A DNA stretch of 64,000 nt, from NCBI RefSeq assembly GCF_000981445.1, contig NC_027218.1, positions 1 through 64,000 of the forward strand, read 5' to 3'. Source of the DNA: Babesia bigemina (taxonomy: Eukaryota). Below, one piece after another: positions 62,687-64,000 of this stretch (position 1 is its first letter; every line of letters starts with the position of its first letter). Both the position numbers and the translations under genes were made by a program. Under the pieces are notes generated by a model. The model was not told the origin of the DNA and did not search any database. It saw only the letters and a list, made by a program, of their open reading frames with translations.

Positions 62687-64000
62687 ATGGACCGCAGTGG
62701 GAAGGTTTCGAGGCACAGCCACTCCCGTAGGTATGTTATGCCACCCACCCAGTCGCCTGCTTGGCCATATCCCTACATTGCAGACTTATAATAATGTCCA
62801 GAAAGCCCAAGGTCTACGGGAGTGAGCACCATCGCATGCTCAACTTCAAGCAGTTCATCATGATGAAGGTACGCTGATTGTCCATTTGTTCGACGTTTTT
62901 ACAGGAAGACGAAATATCGCCCGAGGAAGCTGCGGAGGAGTACAGCAAATATTTCCAAGAGTTTTTGTCGAGTGAAATTCGCCGTTATTACGACATGTAC
63001 GAGGTGCGTTTTCGTATATTGATCACCTGACTTCGATCAGCACTTGGCGTTTTTCCGGGAAAAGTTCCACCCTTACTATTTGCACATTGATCACGAGATT
63101 AGTAAAGTGGACGTGTTGAACAGCAACCGAGATTTCGTACTGGTTGGTGCTTCATGATTTTGCTTTTGACCAAGACCAGAAATACACCAACGGTCACTTC
63201 GAGGAGCTTTTGCTCGAGATAAGCTTCAAGCGGCTGTACGGCGGTTCTTCGTCTGACGCCAACACCACTCCTAGCGAAGCGCCGTACAAGTATTCTGAAT
63301 GGGCCTACGAGATCCCCGTTGAATACCCCAAGGATGACACGCACACCAAGAGGCTTCCTATAGAGTAAGTGCACGTCGGCTATTTTCTATGTCGTCCAGT
63401 TCTCCGCTGCTATCTGTGCTTCTGGTTGACGTTCCGGACAAGGTTTTTAAGCACGAGATCCAGAACGCTCTGAAGGTACGCAATTAGTAATCGTGTCGCA
63501 TGTGTCTCAGCCTCATCTGGACCGTTTTTCCATATACATGGCGGAGCGCGACCTGGTCCGCACGGCGTTTATCAGCGTGGATGAGTGCGACCTGACTAAG
63601 TTGAGCGAGACTCTGAATGGGAACCGTTTGACGTGAGTGCGCCTCGAATACCTGTATAGTTGTTAGCGTTCAGGAATTCCTGCTACGTTTTGAGCCGTGC
63701 AATCCGCTGCAAGAGCGCGTCCGCGTGCGTGTATGCCCCCCCGTGTGTTCACACCCAATAATTGTCGCCCGGGACGTTGAGATAACTGGTCGTGTAATTC
63801 GCAAGCTGGGTACGTTTCCGCCGACGTTAGATTTAATGCGGTGCTGCAGATGGGGACTTTTGCGGTTCTGAAACCTCATTCGTCGATATATTGCCGGCCG
63901 ATATTGACATTAAGAAGTAGGCGAGCATTAATGTTGTAAAAATGAGCAATCAGGCGTTTGGACCTCCACCTCACATACTTGCGTAAGGTGCACAGCTATT
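62687..64000 (+). CDS. ARS2: ARS2/SERRATE-family protein, multi-exon, 3' partial
   Basis: Manual splicing with GT..AG introns at 62731-62783, 62869-62904, 63004-63040, 63143-63179, 63365-63399, 63476-63510, 63633-63666, 63810-63849 and 63917-63953 gives one open frame. It contains MLNFKQFIMMKEDEISPEEAAEEYSKY..FFREKFHP, RVRVCPPVCSHPIIVARDVEITGRVIRKLD and LDLHLTYLRKVHSY, which match SERRATE/Ars2 motifs as recalled. Exon 1 is less certain (alternative start 62794). Confidence 0.82.

Overview
Eukaryotic DNA from a piroplasm, most likely a Babesia of the B. bigemina/B. ovata group. This is inferred from the ves1-type protein motifs and the 34-40-nt GT..AG introns. Positions 1-56200 are a contingency-gene cluster with seven ves1-family (VESA1-like variant erythrocyte surface antigen) genes of about 4.5-6.2 kb. 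Six lie head-to-tail on the + strand and lack the canonical N-terminus. Each is preceded by a 22-bp minisatellite array and a conserved but often frame-broken leader, and each is followed by an invariant 17-mer and an ordered series of 24/12-bp and 20-bp minisatellites. The seventh gene (- strand, 50566-56199) is full length (MAPKKLTDCPENLREAIDWL...) and has no upstream repeats. All seven share a ~117-bp conserved block near the 5' end. The layout resembles a repeat-delimited archive of silent antigen cassettes next to an intact gene; this is a hypothesis. Two copies of an accessory module sit in the array, each with a conserved non-coding block, a tandem repeat built from mini-intron-like units, a Cys-rich ORF and two alternative transmembrane tails in swapped order. 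Beyond 57 kb are a probable secreted three-domain protein, a small secreted repeat protein and a multi-exon ARS2/SERRATE homologue that runs off the window end.
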